29,517 bases of DNA. Origin: Candidatus Multivoradales bacterium. GTDB taxonomy: Bacteria; Acidobacteriota; Thermoanaerobaculia; Multivoradales; J023. A program made the translations under genes and the position numbers. The DNA lies in contig CBDFLE010000001.1 in NCBI GenBank assembly GCA_965248925.1, positions 1 to 29,517 of the forward strand. Reading direction: 5' to 3'. Below are positions 16,798-25,617 of the stretch, in pieces. Under the pieces are notes generated by a model, which saw only the letters and a list, made by a program, of their open reading frames with translations, had not been told where the DNA came from and made no database searches. Positions within the stretch are counted from its first letter, which is position 1. The number at the start of each line of letters is the position of its first letter.

Positions 16798-16835
16798 CTT
16801 AGCGTAACAATTCGCACGTTCGGGCCTGATACCCC
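16798..16835 (-). mobile_element. Orphan 38-bp Tn3-family terminal inverted repeat
   Basis: The minus strand reads GGGGTATCAGGCCCGAACGTGCGAATTGTTACGCTAAG: 38 nt, GGGG...ACGCTAAG as in Tn21/Tn501 IRs. Confidence 0.8.
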
Positions 16836-16836
16836 A

Positions 16837-16949
16837 GCTGGTCGGGTGCCGGGGGTCGAAGCCTTGCTGCGGGCGGGTCGGTCCCTTCAGCGCTGCCCAA
16901 GCTGGTCCGCTTCCTGACCCGGCAGCGCGGCCGCGGCTTAGGGCGCTGA
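16837..16949 (+). pseudogene. Relic 3' end of a second, diverged relaxase gene
   Basis: AGRVPGVEALLRAGRSLQR/PKLVRFLTRQRGRGLGR* (1-nt deletion) versus AGRAPVVGTLLHAGRLLQRLPRLARFLTQQHDRSRGR* at 16392-16505. Confidence 0.85.
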
Positions 16950-16973
16950 GGGTCCCTGCAGGCTTGCAGCTTC

Positions 16974-17107
16974 GGATCTTCGAGCATCCTGCAAAGGGCG
17001 CTGGTAAGGGCGTGGTGAGTGGCTGGTGGCTGTCGGGTCAGCGTGGCCACGGCTGCGGTCGCTGGGAGGTTCGAGAGGATAGAGCGCGCTGCGCTGACCG
17101 CCTAGCC
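16974..17107 (+). repeat. ~135-bp non-coding element, homologous to 3354-3491 (minus strand)
   Basis: Ordered conserved blocks by hand alignment. Confidence 0.8.
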
Positions 17108-17374
17108 GGTGGGCTCGCTAACCGGTGGACGCACCACCCAGCAGATCCTTGTTGGGCTTCTGGTGTGGCCGCGCCAGGAACAGATACAAGAAACCAAATA
17201 AGGTTTTTTGCAGTATCTAATGATGCTTTGTGCTACATTGACGCATGGTCTTGTGGGCACGGTGGCTGAAGGACACACTCGCCAGTACCACCGCGCCCGT
17301 TAGAAAAAGTACCCCTCCCTGCCTCGATCGAAAAGAGAGGGAGGGGACATAAAACCCTTTGTTGCTAGGAGTTA

Positions 17375-18037
17375 ATGATGAAGAAATCATGTCTATCCTG
17401 CTTTCGTTTCCTGCTTCTATTGCTGGCTACGGTCGTAGTCAGCTCACCGACGTGGGCCGCCCAGGGCGCTGCCACACCTCTTGGCGCTTTTTCTAGTTCT
17501 TGGATGGCTCTACCCGTTCCCCTGGTGGCTGCGACAGGCCCGATAGCGGATCTTCCTCTCTGCGAGGGTAATGTCCTGGCCGATAGGGCGATCTTCCAGT
17601 GCTGGACTTCCATGGCCAAGACCTCGCCGAGTCCATCTATGGTGCTTGCCGACCTCGATCTGCGCCGCGGCACAGCTGGGCGCCAGCCAGGCAATCCGTA
17701 TGAACGGTTGGGACTGGACATCTGTAAGGACGGCAACCTCTGCCGCTTCGGTTTCAGGCCCGACCTTCTCCGTCGCACAACTGGCCGTCGACTAACCAAT
17801 TCAAGCAATGAACGGCTGCGGCCAGACGCCCGGCTGCTCGCCCAGGACGGCGACTGCGAGATCCTGGACACCAGAGGCTACGCGCGCTGCATCGAATCGC
17901 TGCGAGCTATCAACAACATCTGTAGTGGAGAACCAAAAATGAAGAACGCCAACGCAATGATTAACCCCATATCCGTGTCTGATTCCTTGACGCGGATAGC
18001 GACTGGCGAGTGGTCTAGACCTGCGTCTGTCTGTTGA
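17375..18037 (+). CDS. Secreted cysteine-rich hypothetical protein (220 aa)
   Basis: AGGAG SD; signal peptide MMKK...LLLLLATVVVSSPTWA|A; eight Cys in the mature part. Confidence 0.7.
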   Translation: MMKKSCLSCFRFLLLLLATVVVSSPTWAAQGAATPLGAFSSSWMALPVPLVAATGPIADLPLCEGNVLADRAIFQCWTSMAKTSPSPSMVLADLDLRRGTAGRQPGNPYERLGLDICKDGNLCRFGFRPDLLRRTTGRRLTNSSNERLRPDARLLAQDGDCEILDTRGYARCIESLRAINNICSGEPKMKNANAMINPISVSDSLTRIATGEWSRPASVC

Positions 18038-18085
18038 GGACCCCAAGGTGTCTAGGAAGGTTAGACCGCTCGCAACGGAGGCTCA

Positions 18086-18313
18086 ATGGACCACCGTCAG
18101 CGAGAAGACAACAATGGAGAAGACAAACATCAACTCGTTTGGAGATTGGATGAAGGGAGATTCGACGATCTTGAGATTGTGGAGGCAAAAGAAGGCCCAT
18201 GGCTTGGAAGAGATGAAGAGTATCCCCGTGCCTTCCGGCATTTTGTCGGTGTCGTACTCGGGAGCGCCTTGGGTGTCTTTTCCGCCTATGTATTCCATCT
18301 CATCATCTTCTAG
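18086..18313 (+). CDS. Small protein with a C-terminal transmembrane helix (75 aa)
   Basis: GGAGG SD; acidic N-terminus; tail FVGVVLGSALGVFSAYVFHLIIF. Confidence 0.65.
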   Translation: MDHRQREDNNGEDKHQLVWRLDEGRFDDLEIVEAKEGPWLGRDEEYPRAFRHFVGVVLGSALGVFSAYVFHLIIF

Positions 18314-18340
18314 CGGACTTGGTGTGTCTTATGGAGAACG

Positions 18341-18631
18341 ATGAAGAAACAGAGAGATACGGTTCGGATCACGCTTGATCTTGGACCAAAAGCTCGAACT
18401 CGTTTGGAGAGACTACAGGGTGCCTTAGATGCCAGCAAAGTGAGTGTGATCCGGCGCGCACTTGAGCTGCTAGAGAAGCTGGCCAGCGCCATTGCGACCG
18501 GGCATGAACTAGTGCTGGTCGATAAGGACGGCAACCAGCAGAAATTGATGATTGTGGGACTTGATCCAGTCCAAGAAGAAGGTCTGAACAAGGCAGACCG
18601 CGAGGCAAAAATGGCTGTTGTGAGAACGTGA
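18341..18631 (+). CDS. Ribbon-helix-helix (CopG-like) protein (96 aa)
   Basis: GGAG SD; VRITLDLGPKARTRLERLQ...SKVSVIRRALELLE, followed by a GHELVLVDKDG hairpin. Confidence 0.8.
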   Translation: MKKQRDTVRITLDLGPKARTRLERLQGALDASKVSVIRRALELLEKLASAIATGHELVLVDKDGNQQKLMIVGLDPVQEEGLNKADREAKMAVVRT

Positions 18632-18655
18632 GAGACAGGTAGACAAAAGACCTTG

Positions 18656-19768
18656 CTACCCCGCCAGGCGTGCCGCTCTCGACCGCAGCACATTCCCGGC
18701 CTGGTGGTAGCGCATGGCCACGGCCGGCGTGCGATGCCCGGAGAGCTGCATCACCTCCTGCAGGCTAACCCCGGCCCTGCCAGCCGAGGTGACAAAGCCA
18801 GACCTCAGCGAATGCCCGCTGTAGTCGGCCGGATCGAGCCCGGCACGCAGCGCCCGGTATTTGACGATCTCGGCCAGGGAGCGGGGCACCATGGCGCGGC
18901 TGGCGAGATGGCCATGGCGATCGATGGCGCGAAAGACCGCCCCAGCCGTGATGCCGGCGATCTGGAGCCAGGTGGTTAGCGCCTCGGCCGCGCGGCCGGC
19001 GATGGGGTAGGTCTCCTGGCCGCTGCCGTCTTGGTTGGTCTTGGAGTAGCGGAGCGTCCAAACATATTCGCCAGCGTCGTCGCGGAGATCCTCGACACAG
19101 AGGGACACGGCCTCGGAACGCCGGCGGCCGCCGGCGGCCCAGGTGACCAGGAGTAGAGCCCGGTCGCGGTAAGCGGCGAGCCGATCGCGCGCATCACCCA
19201 CCTCGATATCCACCTCACAGGTCCTGAGCAGCCCCTCGAGCCGATCGAGGGTGAGCGCTTTCTTCTGCCGCTGGCCTCCCTTCCGCGCGCGTTGCCGGCG
19301 CGCCGCGGCGAGCAGCTCGCGGCATCGCGGATCGGTGGCCGGCGACTCGCACCCCGTGGCCTGATGCGCTTTGCTCAGATGGCTCACACGGGCCTCGATC
19401 GTCGCCAGGGTATGCGTACCCGGCCGCTTGCGGCCTTCGGCCTGTAGCGCGATGTCCACGGCCTCGGGCAGGCCGTTGAGGTGACTCTCGATGAAGTCCA
19501 AAAGTAACGCCGGCGCGACCGGGTAATGCTCCTCGAGGCCGTGGGCGAGCCGTAGCCAGGCCACCCAATAGCGCCTGGCCTTCAGCCGCGCCTTGCGGGT
19601 GCCCTCGGGGATCTGCTCGCGGATGAACTCCTCCGCCCGCCGCTGGGCGTCCGTGGCCACCAGCTCGGCGCGTTCGTCGGCCCGGCGCTGGCCGCCCTCC
19701 CTCGGGTCGACCAGGTCGAGGACCTCGACGCTCAGCGCCTCGGACTCTGCCGGCGATCGCCGCGTCAC
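18656..19768 (-). CDS. Tyrosine recombinase, TnpS/Cre-like, probable multimer or cointegrate resolvase (370 aa)
   Basis: RDRALLL...GGRRRSE (R), YSKT (K), GHSLRSGF (HxxR), LSGHR (H), MRY (Y). The GGRRRSE and YWxAWL signatures recall Tn4651 TnpS. Confidence 0.93.
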   Translation of the reverse strand: MTRRSPAESEALSVEVLDLVDPREGGQRRADERAELVATDAQRRAEEFIREQIPEGTRKARLKARRYWVAWLRLAHGLEEHYPVAPALLLDFIESHLNGLPEAVDIALQAEGRKRPGTHTLATIEARVSHLSKAHQATGCESPATDPRCRELLAAARRQRARKGGQRQKKALTLDRLEGLLRTCEVDIEVGDARDRLAAYRDRALLLVTWAAGGRRRSEAVSLCVEDLRDDAGEYVWTLRYSKTNQDGSGQETYPIAGRAAEALTTWLQIAGITAGAVFRAIDRHGHLASRAMVPRSLAEIVKYRALRAGLDPADYSGHSLRSGFVTSAGRAGVSLQEVMQLSGHRTPAVAMRYHQAGNVLRSRAARLAG

Positions 19769-20016
19769 GGCCGCAGTCCCCCGGAGCGCTGCACCTGCTG
19801 GATATGTGGGCAGCGGGCACGGCGATAGATCCAGCTGGGGCAGCTACATCCCCACTGCCGGCCGCCGGCCGAGAGTGCGACGGTGTAGACCCTGCCGGGG
19901 TGGGACCGGCTCTTGACGGCCCACCGCTGGCCCCAGGGGTCAGCGAGTCGAGGCGCCTCGCAGAGCGGGAGCTGCTCGCCGGGGGGTCCTTGTGGGCTGT
20001 GTGTTGTGGCTCTCAC
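19765..20016 (-). CDS. SWIM zinc-finger protein (copy 2)
   Basis: Repeat of 1021-1272. Confidence 0.75.
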   Translation of the reverse strand: MRATTHSPQGPPGEQLPLCEAPRLADPWGQRWAVKSRSHPGRVYTVALSAGGRQWGCSCPSWIYRRARCPHIQQVQRSGGLRP

Positions 20017-20125
20017 TTCCGTAAATTCTATATTAACGGAAGGGAGAAGGCAAGCCTGTTGAGACGACGGCTGAAGAGCGCGTTGGCGAAGGCTAGCTTT
20101 TTGCGGGGGAGGCCAAGGAGTCTCT

Positions 20126-20347
20126 CTATCTAAAGACAGCTGTCGCAATACTGATGAGACTGATGACGATGCTGACGATAGTGATCCGATTGGATGTTTT
20201 TCGCCACCAAGGCTCTCTCTCCGGCAACATCTTCTTGTAGACAAAGAACTTCTCCAAAGAATCGTCTTGATCAGCGATCTCCATGACGGTCTCCCGCTCT
20301 TGATAGACCTCACGAATCACAAGGGAGCGGCGTAGGCGTACGTCCAT
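20126..20347 (-). CDS. Small C-terminal TM protein (copy 2)
   Basis: Repeat of 1382-1603. Confidence 0.6.
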   Translation of the reverse strand: MDVRLRRSLVIREVYQERETVMEIADQDDSLEKFFVYKKMLPEREPWWRKTSNRITIVSIVISLISIATAVFR

Positions 20348-20710
20348 AGTTTCGTTTTCCCTGTTGGGTGTGGATGGGGAGCGCTTCCCCGAGAGAGAAC
20401 ATTAGACCATTCTTTTTACCAAAAATTAACGCATAAAACACACACCCTATCTCCATAATTAGTCTTGTTTTTTGAGTGTTTTATTGGTACGGTTCCACTC
20501 CGGTCTAAGTGGCGGGGGTTCAATTCCCCCTTGCGTAGACTATTTCTGTGGGTTTGGTAGCCGCGTCATGGTTGTGAGTAGCTACCTTTCCGAAGAGAAC
20601 AGGATTCACGGATCAGAAAAAGCGTTCACGGTGCCAACAAGTAGGCAGGGGTGTATCTACGGCCCCGCTGCCGGCCGACGCTGACGACGCTGACGACGAG
20701 AGGAGCTACG

Positions 20711-20971
20711 ATGGGATTGGCAAAGACCAGCGAACCGGACAGGTTTCAAGGGAGCGGCGTGAAGAAGCGGCGGCGGCTTACCTTCTCGATACCGGAAAAG
20801 CTCTTCGAAGAGATCAATGCCTTGGCCGAGGCTACCGACGAGTCGATGACCGAGGTCTTCAAGAAGTCCATCAAGTGGTATTCGTTCATCCAGGAGTGCG
20901 AGGAGGAGGGAAAGCGCCTATACCTTGGATCCTCTCCGGAGAAGATAGAGCTTGAAATAAGACCTCTCTAA
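20711..20971 (+). CDS. RHH protein, intact 86-aa frame (copy 2)
   Basis: ATG 20711 with SD is in frame with the RHH domain. Confidence 0.8.
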   Translation: MGLAKTSEPDRFQGSGVKKRRRLTFSIPEKLFEEINALAEATDESMTEVFKKSIKWYSFIQECEEEGKRLYLGSSPEKIELEIRPL

Positions 20972-21168
20972 GTGCTTGTTTTAGAGTTGTTTAAGGGTCA
21001 AGCTTGGCCGTGCTAAGAATTGCTGCTTGCCGGTAATCCATCACCAATCTCTTGGTTGACCGCCGGTGCGATAACACCGGGCGGGGCGGCCTCGGTTTCG
21101 CATCACCGGTGCGCCTGGCCGAGGCGTACTCGCCATCGGCGGCGGCTCATCCTCCAACATCAACGACT

Positions 21169-21337
21169 CCGGTCGAGGCGCTGACCGTGCCGTTCGACGG
21201 CGGCCGAGCTCGATTTCGACAACATCATCACCGACCCGGCCATGGTGCCGATCGAGGCGCTGACCGTGGCGGCCGAGCTCGATTTCGACAACATCATCAC
21301 CGACTCGGCCAAGGTGCCGGTCGAGGCGCTGACCGTG
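21169..21337 (+). repeat. 69-bp tandem repeat (copy 2)
   Basis: Repeat of 2426-2594. Confidence 0.9.
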
Positions 21338-21451
21338 CTGGTCGACACCGACCCGGTGCTGGTCGTCGAACGGCTAGGGCCTGTTCGGCTTCTTCGTCAA
21401 CATCGTCGCCGGGGCGGCGCTCGCCAGTAAAGGCCACACCCGGCGGGGCTG

Positions 21452-21814
21452 TCAGAACCCGCCGCTCGGCGGGAACGTTAAGGCTTTCGCTCGGCGCTTC
21501 GCGGCGAGCCAGGCATTCACCCCTACATCGCCGTAGCAGCTCGCGGACAGGTAGCCGGCCATCAGCTCGACCGCGGCCCGGTCAGCCTCCAACAGATCGG
21601 CGAACGTGAGCCCTTGGTGCCCTCTCCAGATCGCCCACGCCGCCAGCGCTAAGGTCTTCTCCATCGGTGGCGCTTCGTCGAGGTCGGCGGCGTGCTCATA
21701 GGCGGGCGGCTCCGAGCCGTTAGCAGTCCAGAGGTCAGGGCGGCCGAGCCGATCAAAGATCAGCCTGCAGACGGCCGAACGCAGCGGCTCAGATACTCTC
21801 TGGCCGCCACTCAC
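21452..21814 (-). CDS. Hypothetical 120-aa protein (copy 2)
   Basis: Repeat of 2709-3071. Confidence 0.7.
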   Translation of the reverse strand: MSGGQRVSEPLRSAVCRLIFDRLGRPDLWTANGSEPPAYEHAADLDEAPPMEKTLALAAWAIWRGHQGLTFADLLEADRAAVELMAGYLSASCYGDVGVNAWLAAKRRAKALTFPPSGGF

Positions 21815-22125
21815 TGCCGCACCCGCCAGCCGGCAAAGAACGGCCGTTCTAGGGACATTGCCGCCGAGCGCGACAGCTCGCCGTCGACAGCCTGAATCAG
21901 GTCAAGGATGGGTGCCCGTTGGTGAACGACGCGCAGCGCTCCGGTTAGCTCGGCCAACTCCGACCACGCCACCGGCAGACGTGACCACAGCAGCACGGCG
22001 CCGGCGTTTGCCTTTTGCGCAGCTTGGGGCTCGAGCAGCGGCCAGGCGGCCGCGTGTCCGTCCTCGAGGTGATCGCCGAACACGCCGCCGGGTGGCCAGG
22101 CGGTCAGCGGAGCGGCTCTGTCCAC
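21811..22125 (-). CDS. Short paralogue of the RadC/JAB-like protein (open frame; start uncertain)
   Basis: NAGAVLLWS...PILDLIQAVDGELSRS; its stop overlaps the next GTG. Confidence 0.5.
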   Translation of the reverse strand: MDRAAPLTAWPPGGVFGDHLEDGHAAAWPLLEPQAAQKANAGAVLLWSRLPVAWSELAELTGALRVVHQRAPILDLIQAVDGELSRSAAMSLERPFFAGWRVRQ

Positions 22126-22606
22126 TCGGGCCGACCAGCTCCCCCGGCCGGTGCTCCGTGGTCGAGATCGACCGGCTGCCGAGCGTCGACCCACCGCGCC
22201 CTACCCAGCCTTCCCAGGATGCTCGGAGATCCTCATCAGCGGCCCGTTGATTCGACCCCGACCGGAAGCCGCACAGACTCCCCCTCTCTGGATCTTCAGA
22301 GTCTTGCTTTGGAGCGCGCAAGCGCGGAAAAGAAGCCGGTCAAGTGGTGCGGACGCGATAGCGTATGTATCACTTGGCCACCGCTTCGCTCTTTCTGCAA
22401 TCAACTAATCCAGACCTACCCCCCCCTCCCCCGGCAAACTCGCGGCGGGTGGCCGGGAGCTGCGGCCCGATCACCACCTGGTGCGGGTCCGGAGATTCCG
22501 CCCGCCCCTCGGCCCCGGAACGCTCAGGGTTCAATCTCCTCACTCTCACCCCTCCACCGGACAGCCCACCCAACCCGCCCGGAACCCACGAAGCGAAGAG
22601 GAAGCC

Positions 22607-23908
22607 TTACGGTGTTTGCTCACCCGGCAACCGCACCCGCCGCACTCCACGGGCTAGCCCGATCCGGTGCGGCAGGTGTTCACCCTCGATCCAGGCGATC
22701 ACCTGACGGTCGAGCAACTTGCGCAGCTCGGCCACGGCCGACACCAAGCCCGCCTCGGTCCAGATCTCGACTTCACCGGCCCATTCCCCATCTGTGCCGC
22801 CGTCACGGGCCGCCAGCGGCCGCCAGACGAGCAGAGGCACCCGTAGGGCCGCGAGGTAGGCCCGCGCCTGCTGTGGCGTCAAGGTGCTGGAGTCCTGAAG
22901 CCGGCCGGAGCGAATCAGAATCACCGCCCGTGGCCGAGCCGAGCCCGCAGCCACGTAGCCTGCCATGGCCACGGCATCGGCGATCCGCTGCGCGCCTTGC
23001 GGGTATTCCCGGCCGATGATGTACCGATTGGTCATCGACTCAAGGATCGATAGCCGGCCACCCTCCGAGATGTCCGCCGACACCGGCAGATCTATCAGCG
23101 AGCGCAAGGCTGGTGTTTCCTCGGTGAGGATCACCCGCAGGCGATCGCCAGGGCGAACGCCGCGAAGGTCTCGGCCGTGGATATCTCCGTAGATTGCGCC
23201 ACGGCGTGACCGCATATGGCGGTGAAGATCGAGCAGGCTCTCGAGGTTCCATTCGGAACCCTCACGCACGATCAAGACCTCCGCCCGCCCGGTGTCGATC
23301 GCCGCGACCTCGGCGGCCTGGCCGTCGACCGTGAGCACCACGGCCAGGTCGTCGGCCGCGGGATGCCGGCGACGGTCCCAGAGGACGGGAACAGCGGTCA
23401 AGCGGCTGTCGGTGGTGTCATGGTACTCGCCGCCCAGGTAGGCTACTGCCTGAGCCCTGAGGGTGTCTGAGAACTCGACCTCACCCACCAGCAAGCCGCG
23501 CCGTACCGGCAGCTCTACTCGGCCCCTCCGATCGACCTCTAGCGGCTCACCATCGAGCGCCACAGCCACCGAACGCGGCACCGCTCCAGAGCGCTCTTCC
23601 CAGATCAGCCGCGCCCCGACAGGCTCCACCACAAAGCGCGCCTCGACCTGCGCACCGGGCAGGTTGACCAGCTCGCGGGCGGTAGCGATCTGTTGGCCGT
23701 TGCTGTTGGTGGCCACCGCCACCAGCTCGCGCGGTAGGAGAGCCGCGCCGAAGTTGCATTCGACCTCAAACGGTGCTCGGCGATCGACGCCGCAGACTTC
23801 CCCATCGAGGCGGATCTCTACGGCCGCCACGTCCGCCGCGGTGACGGCAACGGCGACCGGCTGAGGCCCGGTCAGAAGGCCGAGGAACAGGCCGAGGAAT
23901 TCAATCAA
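22607..23908 (-). CDS. Ig-like/VWA-like protein (copy 2)
   Basis: Repeat of 3867-5168 with one P/T difference. Confidence 0.7.
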   Translation of the reverse strand: MIEFLGLFLGLLTGPQPVAVAVTAADVAAVEIRLDGEVCGVDRRAPFEVECNFGAALLPRELVAVATNSNGQQIATARELVNLPGAQVEARFVVEPVGARLIWEERSGAVPRSVAVALDGEPLEVDRRGRVELPVRRGLLVGEVEFSDTLRAQAVAYLGGEYHDTTDSRLTAVPVLWDRRRHPAADDLAVVLTVDGQAAEVAAIDTGRAEVLIVREGSEWNLESLLDLHRHMRSRRGAIYGDIHGRDLRGVRPGDRLRVILTEETPALRSLIDLPVSADISEGGRLSILESMTNRYIIGREYPQGAQRIADAVAMAGYVAAGSARPRAVILIRSGRLQDSSTLTPQQARAYLAALRVPLLVWRPLAARDGGTDGEWAGEVEIWTEAGLVSAVAELRKLLDRQVIAWIEGEHLPHRIGLARGVRRVRLPGEQTP

Positions 23909-24618
23909 TGTCTTTCAAATGGGAGTAGTGAGAACGAAAGAAACACTGTTCGGCCAGGGCTCGGCAGAGTTGCCTTATCGAAGCGGAACATAGAGCGCAG
24001 ATTCAGCCCGACATAGGCGAACAGCGGCGCCCCGTCGACCTCTCGCAACACCGGCCGTATCAGATGCCCGTCAACGTCTACGTCAGCGTAGAACGTCAGG
24101 CGACCATCTAGGCCGTGCAGTGTCGCCAGAGCGGAAAGCTGGTCCGCTTCCGTGGGCATCTTGGGTCGGCGATGTAAGGCCCTGAGCTGCTCGACTGTCG
24201 TTCCCGCCTCCACCTTCCCAAGCTGTGACGAATCGAGCGCGTCGATCAGCGGTCGGAGTTGCTCCGCTTCGAGCAGCTCGCGGACCTCGACCGGGTAGGC
24301 GTCGAGCGCGGGCATCTCGCCGCCGGGGTTGATGTTCATGGCGACATGCCAGAACCACCGGGCGGCGCGATGGTCACCAGCACCGGCCAAGCCTATCGCC
24401 TTGACAGCCGAGAGCCTGGCCACGTCCTCGGCCGAGATCTTGGCGTTTCGGTCGGAGGCTACCAGCGAGCTTTCAAGTTTCTTGACGACTCGCGCGGAGG
24501 CTTTCCAGTTGCCCGCTGATAGATAGGTTTCTGCCTGCTCCAAACGGGGAGCCACCGGCGCAGCCTGAGCCGCGCCAGCAGCTACCAAGAACAGGCTGAT
24601 GCCTAGTCGCCGGTACAC
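23905..24618 (-). CDS. Exported helical/TonB-C-like protein (copy 2)
   Basis: Repeat of 5165-5878. Confidence 0.65.
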   Translation of the reverse strand: MYRRLGISLFLVAAGAAQAAPVAPRLEQAETYLSAGNWKASARVVKKLESSLVASDRNAKISAEDVARLSAVKAIGLAGAGDHRAARWFWHVAMNINPGGEMPALDAYPVEVRELLEAEQLRPLIDALDSSQLGKVEAGTTVEQLRALHRRPKMPTEADQLSALATLHGLDGRLTFYADVDVDGHLIRPVLREVDGAPLFAYVGLNLRSMFRFDKATLPSPGRTVFLSFSLLPFERH

Positions 24619-24824
24619 CGTCGTGTTGAGGTTTGGCTGATGAGCACGCCGTCCACATAGACCACGGTAAGAACATCGAAACAGACGATCGAGGACCCCG
24701 GAATCACCCAAGAATCACCGATCATTTCTTCGGTGCAAGGCCCGTGCGGCGAGCACTGCGCGAATGCTGCCACCGGAGTCAGCATCAAGCTGAGTACCAA
24801 GGTCAGGGCTACGAATAGTTTCAT
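24603..24824 (-). CDS. Secreted 4-Cys peptide (copy 2)
   Basis: Repeat of 5863-6084. Confidence 0.85.
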   Translation of the reverse strand: MKLFVALTLVLSLMLTPVAAFAQCSPHGPCTEEMIGDSWVIPGSSIVCFDVLTVVYVDGVLISQTSTRRCTGD

Positions 24825-25065
24825 TCTTCTTACTCCTTTTCAGGACTTCGACGCTGTTCCCTGACGTCAGTTAATAGGTGTCTTTCTTATATCTCCGTGG
24901 CAGCGTGACTGTCAATCATAGATGCGAAGAAAAAGATGATTCCTTGATCCAAAGCGAGCCGACCAGAGTTCTGATACCCTGGCCCCTCTTTTGTGCTGAT
25001 ATTGCTTTCATCGAGCCTGCCGGCAGGACATCCAACCTCGAACCCCGTTTCTGGAGGATGTCCAA

Positions 25066-25344
25066 ATGCCGAGGAAATCTCTGAACCGCTGCTTACTTGC
25101 CGCCTTTCTGCTCGGCTTGGTGGCCCTTGCTGTTCACGCCCGCCTCTATCTCTGGCGAACCGCTATCCAGGCCCCAGATTCTGCGCCAGCGGCATTGACC
25201 CACGGATCTCTCGCCGCTGACTCTGACGGACTGGCTCTGACGCTACTGGAACCACCACCAGAGTCGGCTGCAACGCCGACAACCTCAGCGGCGCGGAAAG
25301 CGCCGCGTGCATCGCGCCCCCTTCGCTTGCTCTTCAGCGGCTGA
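25066..25344 (+). CDS. Small membrane-anchored protein (copy 2)
   Basis: Repeat of 6326-6604. Confidence 0.55.
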   Translation: MPRKSLNRCLLAAFLLGLVALAVHARLYLWRTAIQAPDSAPAALTHGSLAADSDGLALTLLEPPPESAATPTTSAARKAPRASRPLRLLFSG

Positions 25345-25617
25345 GCGAGTCCCCTGGCCTCTCTTCAAGCGCGCCGGTCCCTCTTCTCGATCGCCTTGGA
25401 TCTCGCGGGCATTGGCTAGCGGCGTTTGCCCGCCCTTCTTCGCACCTAATCTGCGTTCGGCGGGTGACAGAATCTCTTTGGGAGGCAGTCTGTCATCTTG
25501 CCTCTTTTTTGGCAGCGCGCTGCCCCACTGAGTTGGTGACTCGATGCGTATGCTAAATAGCGCCTTAGCTACTGTGTTATGCTGCTATTTATCCAAATAA
25601 CTAGGAGAGATTCCGCG

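Larger units (their letters stand above)
1..18744. mobile_element. One complete unit of a ~18.74-kb mobilisable iteron plasmid (circularly permuted)
   Basis: The sequence starting at 1 (gctgcatcacctcc) restarts at 18745. The unit carries rep, iterons, parA/RHH, oriT/mobC/relaxase and a recombinase. No chromosomal housekeeping genes are present. Confidence 0.9.

Noticed and set aside
16790-16815. RQLSVTIR similarity to relaxase QQLSVRSI
   Set aside because: It falls within the Tn3-type IR and is better explained as coincidence.
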